Shown here piece by piece: positions 41,523 to 51,100 of a stretch of DNA of 64,000 bases. Source of the DNA: a virus (lineage: Duplodnaviria > Caudoviricetes); the IMG/VR virus record IMGVR_UViG_3300032007_000023, positions 64,001 to 128,000 of that record; one strand, written 5' to 3'. The position numbers and the translations under genes are program-made. Within the stretch, counting starts at the first letter, position 1. Each line of letters starts with the position of its first letter. Under the pieces are notes generated by a model. That model did not search any database and was not told the origin of the DNA. It saw only the letters and a program-made list of their open reading frames with translations.

Positions 41523-42284
41523 TTAAAAGAATTGGACTAAGTCTTCGACTTCATCAAGGTGAAAACGTTCTTTAGCATTTTTGATCCAATCTTTTTGTTT
41601 GTCTTCAGCACCAGACCATTCACCTATTTTGGTTTGTATTTCTTTAAATGCAGAACCAACATTCTCCATATTTTTAAGGTTGTTGTAAAGTGTTCTTTGA
41701 ACATCGAGTGTTGCTAATTCAACAAATGACAGATATGCTGTATCAGGAATAGTTTCCAATGATAATTCATGAACACATTTTACAGTAAACTTTATAGCAC
41801 ACTTATCTGGAAAATTAAACAGTTGAATTCTGTTATGTCCAAGATATTTTGATGTTGGTTGTTGTGCAGTTATTCCGGCATATTTGTTAATAGCGGCACC
41901 TGTTTGTGTGGCATTAACTATGTCTTGAGAATAATAAGATCCGAATCCAATGAACGGAGTACCAACAGTGAATGCATTCGTCATAGCTTCTTCAGTTTGG
42001 TATTGTGAAGAGCATGCCTCTGCTTTTGCCGTTTTTACCTTGGTACGAGTTGCTTCAGGTGGAAGTATGTATATATCCATCTTTTTTGTAAATTCACTTG
42101 GTGAAAGAAGATCTTCTTTCTGTCCATAACATGTTCTCACATATGGTTTTATGTCAGACCATTCGCGAACAGTCATTTTCAAAATCTCTTGAATAACATT
42201 TTCAACAGGCATTTTATATGGTAATGCAATATTGTTTAAACCCTGAGAGAATTTAATATCATTAATGACGTCGGTTATATTCAT
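41523..42284 (-). CDS. putative virion structural protein (possible neck/head-tail connector)
   Basis: AGGTGG SD; position between capsid and tape-measure genes; function inferred from context only. Confidence 0.45.
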   Translation of the reverse strand: MNITDVINDIKFSQGLNNIALPYKMPVENVIQEILKMTVREWSDIKPYVRTCYGQKEDLLSPSEFTKKMDIYILPPEATRTKVKTAKAEACSSQYQTEEAMTNAFTVGTPFIGFGSYYSQDIVNATQTGAAINKYAGITAQQPTSKYLGHNRIQLFNFPDKCAIKFTVKCVHELSLETIPDTAYLSFVELATLDVQRTLYNNLKNMENVGSAFKEIQTKIGEWSGAEDKQKDWIKNAKERFHLDEVEDLVQFF

Positions 42285-42299
42285 AACATAACCACCACC

Positions 42300-42875
42300 T
42301 TATCTGGGGATGTATTTATGCATAACGGGTGCGTTCTTATTTGCATATGCAGAACGAGTTGATTCATCAAGATGGTATGCAAAGAACTTAGAATTTGATG
42401 TTGATAACCAAAGATATATCTTCATATCATCACGACAAACTTTAGCCAACTTCTTATACTGATTATTCGTTAAACGAATAAGAGAATTGAGTTCTGCAGA
42501 TATAGATTTATCCTTCAGATAATTCTCAATTATTGACTGAAGCTCTTTTGTCTTCTTGAGATAGGAAACATTGATGTCTTTAAACTGTTCAAGATGAATC
42601 TTCTTACGATACTTCTTATCGGTAAACATCTTGTCATAGAAGTTCTGGGAGATCTTAAGAACCTTTCCCTCATACTTCTTATCATCCTTAGCTTCATATT
42701 CTTTATAACCATCGATGAATTCTATCATCTGATCAAGGATCATATCATAGTTTAATATGTCATACTGAGTCTTGTAAATATCTTTTGCATTAACAAAACT
42801 CTTAGCAACATCCTCAAACAGATTCTTATTGTTAGAGACACATTTACGGGTCTCGAGTTCTTTTGATGAGATCAT
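42300..42875 (-). CDS. hypothetical protein
   Basis: AGGAGG SD; 191-aa ORF. Confidence 0.65.
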   Translation of the reverse strand: MISSKELETRKCVSNNKNLFEDVAKSFVNAKDIYKTQYDILNYDMILDQMIEFIDGYKEYEAKDDKKYEGKVLKISQNFYDKMFTDKKYRKKIHLEQFKDINVSYLKKTKELQSIIENYLKDKSISAELNSLIRLTNNQYKKLAKVCRDDMKIYLWLSTSNSKFFAYHLDESTRSAYANKNAPVMHKYIPR

Positions 42876-42890
42876 TATGTTATCCCTCCT

Positions 42891-44576
42891 TTATACTGCT
42901 GATCCAGGATAGTTTACACGCCATATCTGTTCAGATCTGTTGATAGGACGTATACGAAGTATCTGGGTTAAAAGTTTCTCAAGATCACTCTTCATTTGAG
43001 TGAGATACTGTTTATTGTGAGGAACAATGTAACGAGCGTCCTGAGTATCAAGTACGGTGAGATAGAAATCAACAAGTTCTATCTTGGAACATGTATAACC
43101 AGCAAGCATAGCCTGATCATTAGCTGAACGAATATCGTTCATTTCACAAGTTATGTATGCTACAACATCTCGACCAATTGGTTTAAGCTTCTTGGGTTTC
43201 TTTGATAAGAAACCTTCCTGATGCATTTTTGGATTTGAATTAACGATAGCCTTTGTCTGTGCTGACATGGGCATTGGAGTAGTATTTACATTTCCCTTAG
43301 CGTCAGTACTCTCAGTTGGTGAATCAGTTGTAGCACCTGTTGCAGGAGAACATGCTTCTTCAGTAATGTCTCCACCATCGTCACCGGTATCAGCACCAGT
43401 ATCATCCGATCCGCCATCATCAACCATTTCATCTTCTTCTTGAATTGGTTTTGTTCCAAATACAGAATCTTCTGTTCCTTTATCTCGTTGCTCTGTGATT
43501 TCTGGATGTTTCTTTTCAAGCTTATCTAAATAATTAAGAAAATTTTCAACTTCATGTTTTGCCTTTTTATTGTTACGAGCTCTTTCAACATCAACTTCTT
43601 CTTGAATTGGTTTCAGATCACTTTCTGCGGGTATAGGTGTTTTATTCATTGCACCACTTACCATAGCAGCCATGTCTTCTGTATCTTCCTGAACAGTATC
43701 TATATCACCACATTCTTCAACAGATTCATCATCGTCATCATCAATGTCTTTTATGACAGCTTCTTCATCATCATTATCAGAGGATTCGTTATCTTCAGAC
43801 TCGTCGTCATCATTATCAGAATCATCGCTGTCTGTATCATCAGAGTCATCATCATTGTCACCATCCTCTTCATCAGATTCGGTTTCGTCATTTTCAGGTG
43901 TAGGATCTGATTCAATTGCGTCCATATCATAATCATCATATGAATCAACTGTATCATCATTGGTTACAACATCCTCGGGTTTTGTTTCAACGATATCGTC
44001 TACCTCATTATCAAGTTCAGTAAGACTTTTACCCATTTCAGGATTATAGAAGTCTTCCTTATCCTTCTCGAGATAATTATCAACGACATCATTTGTATTA
44101 GGACACTTCTCTTTATCACAGAGATCATGAACAAAGTTAACACCATTTGTTCTATCAGCATCAGATACATCAAATGAGCCATTATCATCCATCCTACCGA
44201 TTACAATAGCAATCATAGGTTTAAGCTGTTTAGGAGTATCTTTACCAGAGTTAACCATTGCATCATATGGTATAGATGTTCTTTCGATCATAGTTGCATT
44301 TCGGTCAATCTCATCTGCATCATCAAAGATAGTTCCATTTGCAATTGCTTGAGCAACATGTCCCTCTTGTACTGTATCAATATCCTTAGGACAAAGAACT
44401 CTTGTATTTCCATCATTGTCCTTATAGACACGAACACCAGTACCAGCATACTCTTTCACTATTATGTCACCTTTATCAGGATGAGCAATGTGAGTATACT
44501 CGGTAATGACATCGTACTTCTTCTGCTCAATCAATGCTTTTACAATATTAAGCCGAGTACTATTCATTATAAACAC
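42891..44576 (-). CDS. highly acidic head/scaffold-like protein
   Basis: D/E-rich tract; several xQE motifs (TVQEG, TVQED, PIQEE twice, MHQEG). Confidence 0.55.
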   Translation of the reverse strand: MFIMNSTRLNIVKALIEQKKYDVITEYTHIAHPDKGDIIVKEYAGTGVRVYKDNDGNTRVLCPKDIDTVQEGHVAQAIANGTIFDDADEIDRNATMIERTSIPYDAMVNSGKDTPKQLKPMIAIVIGRMDDNGSFDVSDADRTNGVNFVHDLCDKEKCPNTNDVVDNYLEKDKEDFYNPEMGKSLTELDNEVDDIVETKPEDVVTNDDTVDSYDDYDMDAIESDPTPENDETESDEEDGDNDDDSDDTDSDDSDNDDDESEDNESSDNDDEEAVIKDIDDDDDESVEECGDIDTVQEDTEDMAAMVSGAMNKTPIPAESDLKPIQEEVDVERARNNKKAKHEVENFLNYLDKLEKKHPEITEQRDKGTEDSVFGTKPIQEEDEMVDDGGSDDTGADTGDDGGDITEEACSPATGATTDSPTESTDAKGNVNTTPMPMSAQTKAIVNSNPKMHQEGFLSKKPKKLKPIGRDVVAYITCEMNDIRSANDQAMLAGYTCSKIELVDFYLTVLDTQDARYIVPHNKQYLTQMKSDLEKLLTQILRIRPINRSEQIWRVNYPGSAV

Positions 44577-44618
44577 ACATCCAATCTTTAATAAATTTTA
44601 TTTTAGGAGGTTTTACCT

Positions 44619-45185
44619 ATGCTTGAAAACTTTACTTACACTGATTGGTTAGTGATCATTCTTGTATCACTATTCATATCAGCAATCGTTCTCATCCCGT
44701 TCTCTATTCTTTTTAAACTGAAACACAGAATGGATGAATTATCTCGTATGATGTATGTCCTTATTAAAAAGGATGAACATTATAACAATTCACATGATGA
44801 TATCAAACGAGCATTAACAGTTATCAATGGTAACATAGGATCGTTATCCAGCAGTACCGACCAGGTCATCCAAGAATTAAATGGTGTTTCATCATCTACC
44901 ATGCAAGCATTAAATGAATTAAAGGTAGTATCAAATACACCTGGATTACCAACACCAAATATTTCAAAGATGATGAGAGAAACAATACTGGAGAATATAA
45001 ACATTGAGGTATTGTTATCTAAGGGAATGAAAATCCCTAATAAAAAGTCCACGGATCATATTATAGAAAATACAATAGCAACATATCCGAACGTAGACAA
45101 AGAATATACGATCAAATTATGTTTAGCAATGATCGAAAACTTTGCACTTAATTTTGCTGAAGGAAGATCTAATGAATTAAAGTAA
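44619..45185 (+). CDS. membrane-anchored coiled-coil protein
   Basis: AGGAGG SD; N-terminal TM segment WLVIILVSLFISAIVLIPFSILF. Confidence 0.7.
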   Translation: MLENFTYTDWLVIILVSLFISAIVLIPFSILFKLKHRMDELSRMMYVLIKKDEHYNNSHDDIKRALTVINGNIGSLSSSTDQVIQELNGVSSSTMQALNELKVVSNTPGLPTPNISKMMRETILENINIEVLLSKGMKIPNKKSTDHIIENTIATYPNVDKEYTIKLCLAMIENFALNFAEGRSNELK

Positions 45186-45231
45186 AATGGTATTTCGATG
45201 GGGGCGATTGCCCCCATCTAATTTACCATTT
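45186..45231. terminator. bidirectional terminator downstream of the capsid gene
   Basis: gatgggggc-gatt-gcccccatc core, extended by aatggta/taccatt. Confidence 0.8.
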
Positions 45232-45268
45232 ATTTGAATTATTACAGTCTTATGCTGTAGGCTTTTTA

Positions 45269-47473
45269 TCAGCCGTTAGTACCCTGTCCGCCAGCACCAT
45301 CAGCAGTCATTGTCTCAGGTGTGAATACACCAGCCTTGTTATCAGGAACAAGAACAGTGTTCTTGCAGATAACACGACCCTGGATACCCTGGATAGAGAT
45401 AGTCTTGTACTGAGCAGAAGTTGTGATAAGAACAGCCTGACCGCCAGGATTGTTGATATCAGCATAGCCAGCATTCTCAGGTGAATTTGTGAGGTGACGA
45501 GCGAAACGGAGGTGCTTGTATGAGATGTGGAACTTATCCATCGGATAAGCAACGATCTTGAAGAAGTACTCTCTTGACTCATCGCCAGGATTTGCACCTT
45601 CCTGATATGCAGGAATATTGATGTAAGCATCAACACGGTTAGAAGCTACAACACGGATCGGGAGATCGGAATCTGTGAGGATACCGAATGAGTGATTCAT
45701 CTGAACACCACCGATTTCAGTTGACTTCTTAACAGTCCATGTTACGAACTTATTGAGGAGACGGCATGCCTTGGGGTTAGCATAGATAACGAAGCCAAGG
45801 TTCTCGAGCTTACCACGATCACAGAGCTCGTAGATAACGCTGTTGATAGCGTTGTGGATTATGTTAGTCCTGAACTCCCAAGGATCGCCTGCGAAGTTAG
45901 GAACTGTAGCCTTAGGATCAAGGTCAGCATACTCAGTATGAGTATAGCTCTCAAGAGACCATACATCAGACTCATATCCGTTGTACTTATCGAACTCTTC
46001 ATCGAGGAACTCAAGGATTGACTCATCCTCGAACATTTCCTGATTAACAACGAGCTCCTGAACGAGTCTGTTGTAGAGGTTGAAGTTGAGAGAAGCGTTA
46101 GCCTCAGCAAAGTCTTCAACTGTGAATGGAAGCTGGAATCTGCAACCATCAGAGATCTGGAACTTTCTGATCTCAGGATACTCACGGAAGCCGATTGTTC
46201 TGAGGTTTGTTTCATTAGAGATGTGACCTGATACATAGAGACCCTTAATAACGCCGCATGAAGAAGCAGTAAGAGTACCCTTAACGAAGTCTACACGACC
46301 AGAGAGCATATCAGAGATATGAACAATCTCGCCTGTAGGAAGATTTGTAGTAGGATCTACAACAGGGAGTCTGAGGTCCTCAGTGATACCACCGTTGATG
46401 AAGTTACCGCCGTTCTGGATCTCGATTGCGATACCAGCACCAGGAAGCTTAACCTTCTTAAGTGGTGTTACCTGAGTCTTCTCATAGTAAGTATTCTTAG
46501 CATAAACATCAGTAGATGTTACGCCAGCATATACGGGAGCAGCACCTTGCTCAGCAGTATTCTTGAAATACTTTGTAGAAGGTGTTGCATCAGCCGGCCA
46601 GTCTTCGGGAGCATTGTCAGCTGTAAGAAGAACATACTTATCAGTTGCCTCACCGTCGATAGCAACGTACTGAATGTTGAAGTCATATGAAAGACGAGTT
46701 CTCAGAGTCTTCTGAGGAGCGAACTCACCGGGTTCGTATGCAGTGCCGTCATCCTTGAGAAGGTGATCGAACATGTCATATTTCTTATTTGTAGCAGAAT
46801 AGATATCAGAGAGAAGGATAGGATCCTTATCATTGATCTTAATACCCTTACCAGCATTCCAGAGCTTCTTCCATGTAGGAGTTCCGTCTGCTTCTTTCTG
46901 CCAGTATACCTTAGGTACTTCGTACTCTTCACCAGTCTGGTTGTTTACGAGGTACTTGATGAAGATTCTCTGCTCGATGTTTGTAGATGAAGCGGTCTGT
47001 ACAGGTATGATATCCTTACCGAGGAATCTGATGTACTGCTTAATGAGTGCAGGGAAGTCGAGAGTAGCGAGAGGGAGGTATGTAGAAGTATTATAAGACT
47101 CCTGTACCAGGAAGCTCTGTACTGAAGAATCCCAAGCGTTCTCAAGCTGCTCAGCAACTGACTCAAGGTGAATCTTCTCACCAGGATCACTTGTCTGCTC
47201 TGCAGCCTCACGAAGCTCACCACAGATAGGATCGAGCATGAGAGTCTTATACTCCTGCATGATCTCCGGGTTATCCATCATCTTCTTAGCATCCTTCATT
47301 ACGTTGATGCCAGAATAAGTGTGTGCGAGCTGATTTACGGTATCTTTGAAATTATTATCGAATCCGTCACGAAGAGTATCAAGTTCCGCATCAGATGAGT
47401 TGTTAATCATGTTCATCTGCTCTTGGAACCAGCTGTCGTGCTGGCCGACTGTCATTGATCTGCTGTAAGCCAT
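45269..47473 (-). CDS. major capsid protein precursor
   Basis: GAAGGAG SD before the ATG at 47473; strongest codon bias in the window; FPALIKQY..KDIIPVQT resembles T4 gp23-type capsids; N-terminal region ending at LVQE/SYN. Confidence 0.8.
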   Translation of the reverse strand: MAYSRSMTVGQHDSWFQEQMNMINNSSDAELDTLRDGFDNNFKDTVNQLAHTYSGINVMKDAKKMMDNPEIMQEYKTLMLDPICGELREAAEQTSDPGEKIHLESVAEQLENAWDSSVQSFLVQESYNTSTYLPLATLDFPALIKQYIRFLGKDIIPVQTASSTNIEQRIFIKYLVNNQTGEEYEVPKVYWQKEADGTPTWKKLWNAGKGIKINDKDPILLSDIYSATNKKYDMFDHLLKDDGTAYEPGEFAPQKTLRTRLSYDFNIQYVAIDGEATDKYVLLTADNAPEDWPADATPSTKYFKNTAEQGAAPVYAGVTSTDVYAKNTYYEKTQVTPLKKVKLPGAGIAIEIQNGGNFINGGITEDLRLPVVDPTTNLPTGEIVHISDMLSGRVDFVKGTLTASSCGVIKGLYVSGHISNETNLRTIGFREYPEIRKFQISDGCRFQLPFTVEDFAEANASLNFNLYNRLVQELVVNQEMFEDESILEFLDEEFDKYNGYESDVWSLESYTHTEYADLDPKATVPNFAGDPWEFRTNIIHNAINSVIYELCDRGKLENLGFVIYANPKACRLLNKFVTWTVKKSTEIGGVQMNHSFGILTDSDLPIRVVASNRVDAYINIPAYQEGANPGDESREYFFKIVAYPMDKFHISYKHLRFARHLTNSPENAGYADINNPGGQAVLITTSAQYKTISIQGIQGRVICKNTVLVPDNKAGVFTPETMTADGAGGQGTNG

Positions 47474-47525
47474 GAATAAAACACTCCTTCTTAGTTTTAA
47501 ATTTTGAAAGTGAAACACTTTTCAA

Positions 47526-48137
47526 TCATTGCTTATTTTTTATCTTTTTAAGATTTGTATCAATTCGATTAAGTAGAAGAACGTATAAGCTATCCAGCTT
47601 CTGATAGAAGAGTTGATTCTCTCCGTAACCAGAATCTACGAAATCATTGATAACATACTTTTGCCCTTTTTCAAGAGCATCTTTGAGTTGGTTGACTAAT
47701 TCGTCATTGCTTTTTACAACGTCGTATGGCAGCAAAGGAACAAGTTCTTTCAGATTACCAAGTATTTCCTCAATCTCAGAATTACGATCTTTCATTCTGT
47801 TATAAAGTTGCTGATTGAGAATGTTGTTGGCTTTGTCAGAAAGTTTAGTATCTTCTTTATCTGCTTCCTCTTCGTTGTTTTCGCCGCTTGAATCGCCACC
47901 ACTCATGTCATCACCGCCACCCATGTCATCTCCGCCGAATTCTGGCATATCCATGCCACCAGCGTCATCCATCGGGGGTGGTTCGCCGAGATCGCCACCA
48001 CCTGAATTATCAGTAGCAGGAGGGGCAATGTCTTCGGAAGGTGTATCTGCTACTTCAGCAGATCCAGCATCGAATGGTTGAAGTTCATCTCCTTCAGCCT
48101 CCATGACTGTAAAAAATAAACTCTTTGGCATTGTCAA
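47526..48137 (-). CDS. acidic scaffold/prohead-core-like protein
   Basis: AAGGAGG SD; D/G/M-rich disordered N-half, helical C-half; immediately upstream of the capsid gene. Confidence 0.5.
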   Translation of the reverse strand: MTMPKSLFFTVMEAEGDELQPFDAGSAEVADTPSEDIAPPATDNSGGGDLGEPPPMDDAGGMDMPEFGGDDMGGGDDMSGGDSSGENNEEEADKEDTKLSDKANNILNQQLYNRMKDRNSEIEEILGNLKELVPLLPYDVVKSNDELVNQLKDALEKGQKYVINDFVDSGYGENQLFYQKLDSLYVLLLNRIDTNLKKIKNKQ

Positions 48138-48149
48138 CCCTCCTTTCTA

Positions 48150-51100
48150 TTAATAAGAATCCCAGTATTTAGAAGGTGTGCTTCTCGCAGGAGCATCGAT
48201 CAGATTCTGTTCGAGCTTCTTCTTCAGACGCATATACTCATATTTCTCTTTACGAGCTTCAGGTGTATTTATTCCTTCAAGGTCTTTGATCTTTTCATCA
48301 ACAACCTTGAGTTCAGCTTCAAGCTCATTTTGGAGCTCTTTCTTGATCCTATTACGATCAGCAAGTCTGAGACCTTCTACACCTGCAACTGTAAGACCGA
48401 GATATGGTTGTATAGAGAATGCCACACTCACCAAGCCTAACTTGACAGCAAGACGTGATGCTTTAAATACTGCAGAACGGTAGCTTTTGTTCTCGAGGAG
48501 TTCGGATTTAACATTGTCTTCATCTCGTTTGATCAGAGAATCAACGACTTTTGTGAGCCATTGTTTAATTCTGGTAACGGGTTTCAGGACAGCTTTACCG
48601 GTATTGGCAAATTTCTGTACACCATGTTTCGCTTTCTGTTGTTTAGGAAGCGTCTTACGGTCACGGTCCATTGCCTTAGTTAAAAGATCCTCCTTAGGAG
48701 GTTTAGCAGTCAATCCAGCTGATTGGGGCTCTTTGGATTCTAAGAACATAAACATCTCTTGAACTGTTTTACCAGAAGAGAGTTTTTGCTCCCCATCTTT
48801 CTTGGTGGGTGAATCCTTAGTATCATCAGAATCGTTGCTATTATTATTATTGTTAGAACCCTTGGTCTGAGTGGAATGACTACGATCACTATTATCAGTT
48901 TTTGACTTCTTCACATTACTCTTCTTGATAGATTTGTTTGATGAAGAATCTGTCTGATTGTCGTGAGAATTATCGTTGTCCGAATTGGACTTATTGTTTG
49001 AATTTGTGTTGGTGGTGTTAGTTGTCTTACCAGTTGAATGGTCATCATTGGTTGTAGTGTTGGTTGTAGTATTATTTGAGTCACGGTTGAAAGAATTTGT
49101 GTAGTTGTTTGTAATGTTTACAACAACCTTTCCTTCAGCCTTATCCTTATTAGGATTATTCTCAAAACCAGCACCAATCATATCACCAAGATTGTCACCA
49201 CCAGCAGAAAGCTTGGCATCGATAGAATCTGTGATTTCCGGTACAGGATTCTGTGGAACTCCTTCAGGTATTCCAGCAGGAGTAACAGTTGCTCCAACAG
49301 TATCAGTCATCTTGAAACGTGTCTTCATGTACTCAGGAATTTCACCGGTTTCCTGTTCCATGATAACTGCAAACGCATTAATATCTAATACAACTCCGTA
49401 TTCATTCACGTGTTTAGCGATATATTCTATACGTCTATTTTTTGCAGCACGCCATGCAGCAATATTTTCTTCAACAACTTCTATTGCTTCTTCTGCTTCC
49501 TCAACTGTTTCTCTATCTACAAGAAGTCTATCGATTTCTTCAAGTTTTTTGGTTATGTTATTAAGGAATTTCTTCTCTTCATCAGATGGGTTGTTTTTCC
49601 AGAGACTGTAGAATTTAGATTCAAGATCCTTGTATTCCTTTCTGAGTTTGGCTCTTTCTGGATCTGATTTATCCTTCTTTTTGCTTCTGTTTATTATGTC
49701 ATGATATACCTGTGCATTTTTTTTCAGTTCTTGTTCGCCTTCTTTATACATTCTCTCCAAAGACTTAATCGCGGATTTGGAAGATGTCTTCTTTGCGCCA
49801 TACTTATCCGCCATTAATTCCTCTGGTGCCCAATCATGATCATTATCCTTATCAGCGTCCGACGCAGTTTTCCATTTCTTATCAAGAAATTCCTGTGCCT
49901 TATTGAACTCCTCTTTGGAATCTTTATGATGTACATGAGCGACATCTACGGAATAAGTATCTCTAGTATCAGAATGATGACCATGTGCGATATGTCCTTC
50001 TTCATGACGCAAAGTAAATGCTGCATACCACGATTTTTGTTTCAGATCTTTTCTTCTCACATATATGACTGGTTTACCATCTTCGAAACACATACATGGG
50101 CCATCAATATCATTATTAATGATAAGCTTAGCTCTCATTTTTTCTTTACCATTAGGCATTGTTATATCAGTCAATATTGTATCAGTTTTTGGATCATAAT
50201 CAAATTTCTTGAGAGTTCTCTTCATATGAGTCTGCTTACTTTCCTGAAATACATATGCTTCAGTAACAGGTTTCTCACCAGATTCATCCTTTACGTTTGC
50301 AATAGCAGGACCATCAGCATCTTTAACAACTGCAGAATTTACAAATTCAAGATCACCCTTCATAGCAAGTATATCTTTAGCAAGTGAAGATATCTTTCTT
50401 ACACTATCTGCTTCTTTGATATTCTTTCCAACGAAAGGATTGATATTTATCTTTTTAACAGTTGCAAGCAACTCTTCTATCTTTTCACGAAGATTCTTAA
50501 GAGTGTTGATCTCCTGATCCTGAAGTTTACCACATGAACCAGTTTCACCACGAGTAACGTACTTCAATGCCTGTTTTACGTTAGACTTAGCTTCACCTTT
50601 GAAGGTATTGATACATGAATTGTTTGTCCACTGATTCTTCTTAGCGAGATCAGATATCTTCTGCATCTCAGTCATAAGAATATTGATAGCAGTACGGAGA
50701 CGTTCACGATTCTTTTCAGAAGTAGCTTCCTGGAATACGTATTCGGGATCTCCATCATACCAGCATTCGTTAACAAAGTCATCATTATCAATAATGAAGG
50801 AAAGCTTTGGTTTCAAAGCAACAATCTGTCTTGCTATGTCAGCAATCTTTCTTGTACGCTTTTGAGTTTTATCATTCTTCATGATATTTATCTCTTTGAG
50901 CCAGTTACGAGGATTTATCCAGAATAACTTAACATTTGCCCAAAGATCACCAGCAAGATCATTGAGGGTTCTGAGGGTTTGCATCTGTTCAGATGTAAAA
51001 CTACCTCTCTTACCCTTGAGAGCTTTCTTTGTAGAATGATAAACCTGTTTGATGTTTGAATGATTCTCTGATGATAATGTTGGACTTCCGGGTGCAATTC

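Noticed and set aside
48830-49110. N/S/T-rich tract as a DNA tandem repeat
   Set aside because: Low-complexity protein linker without a regular nucleotide period
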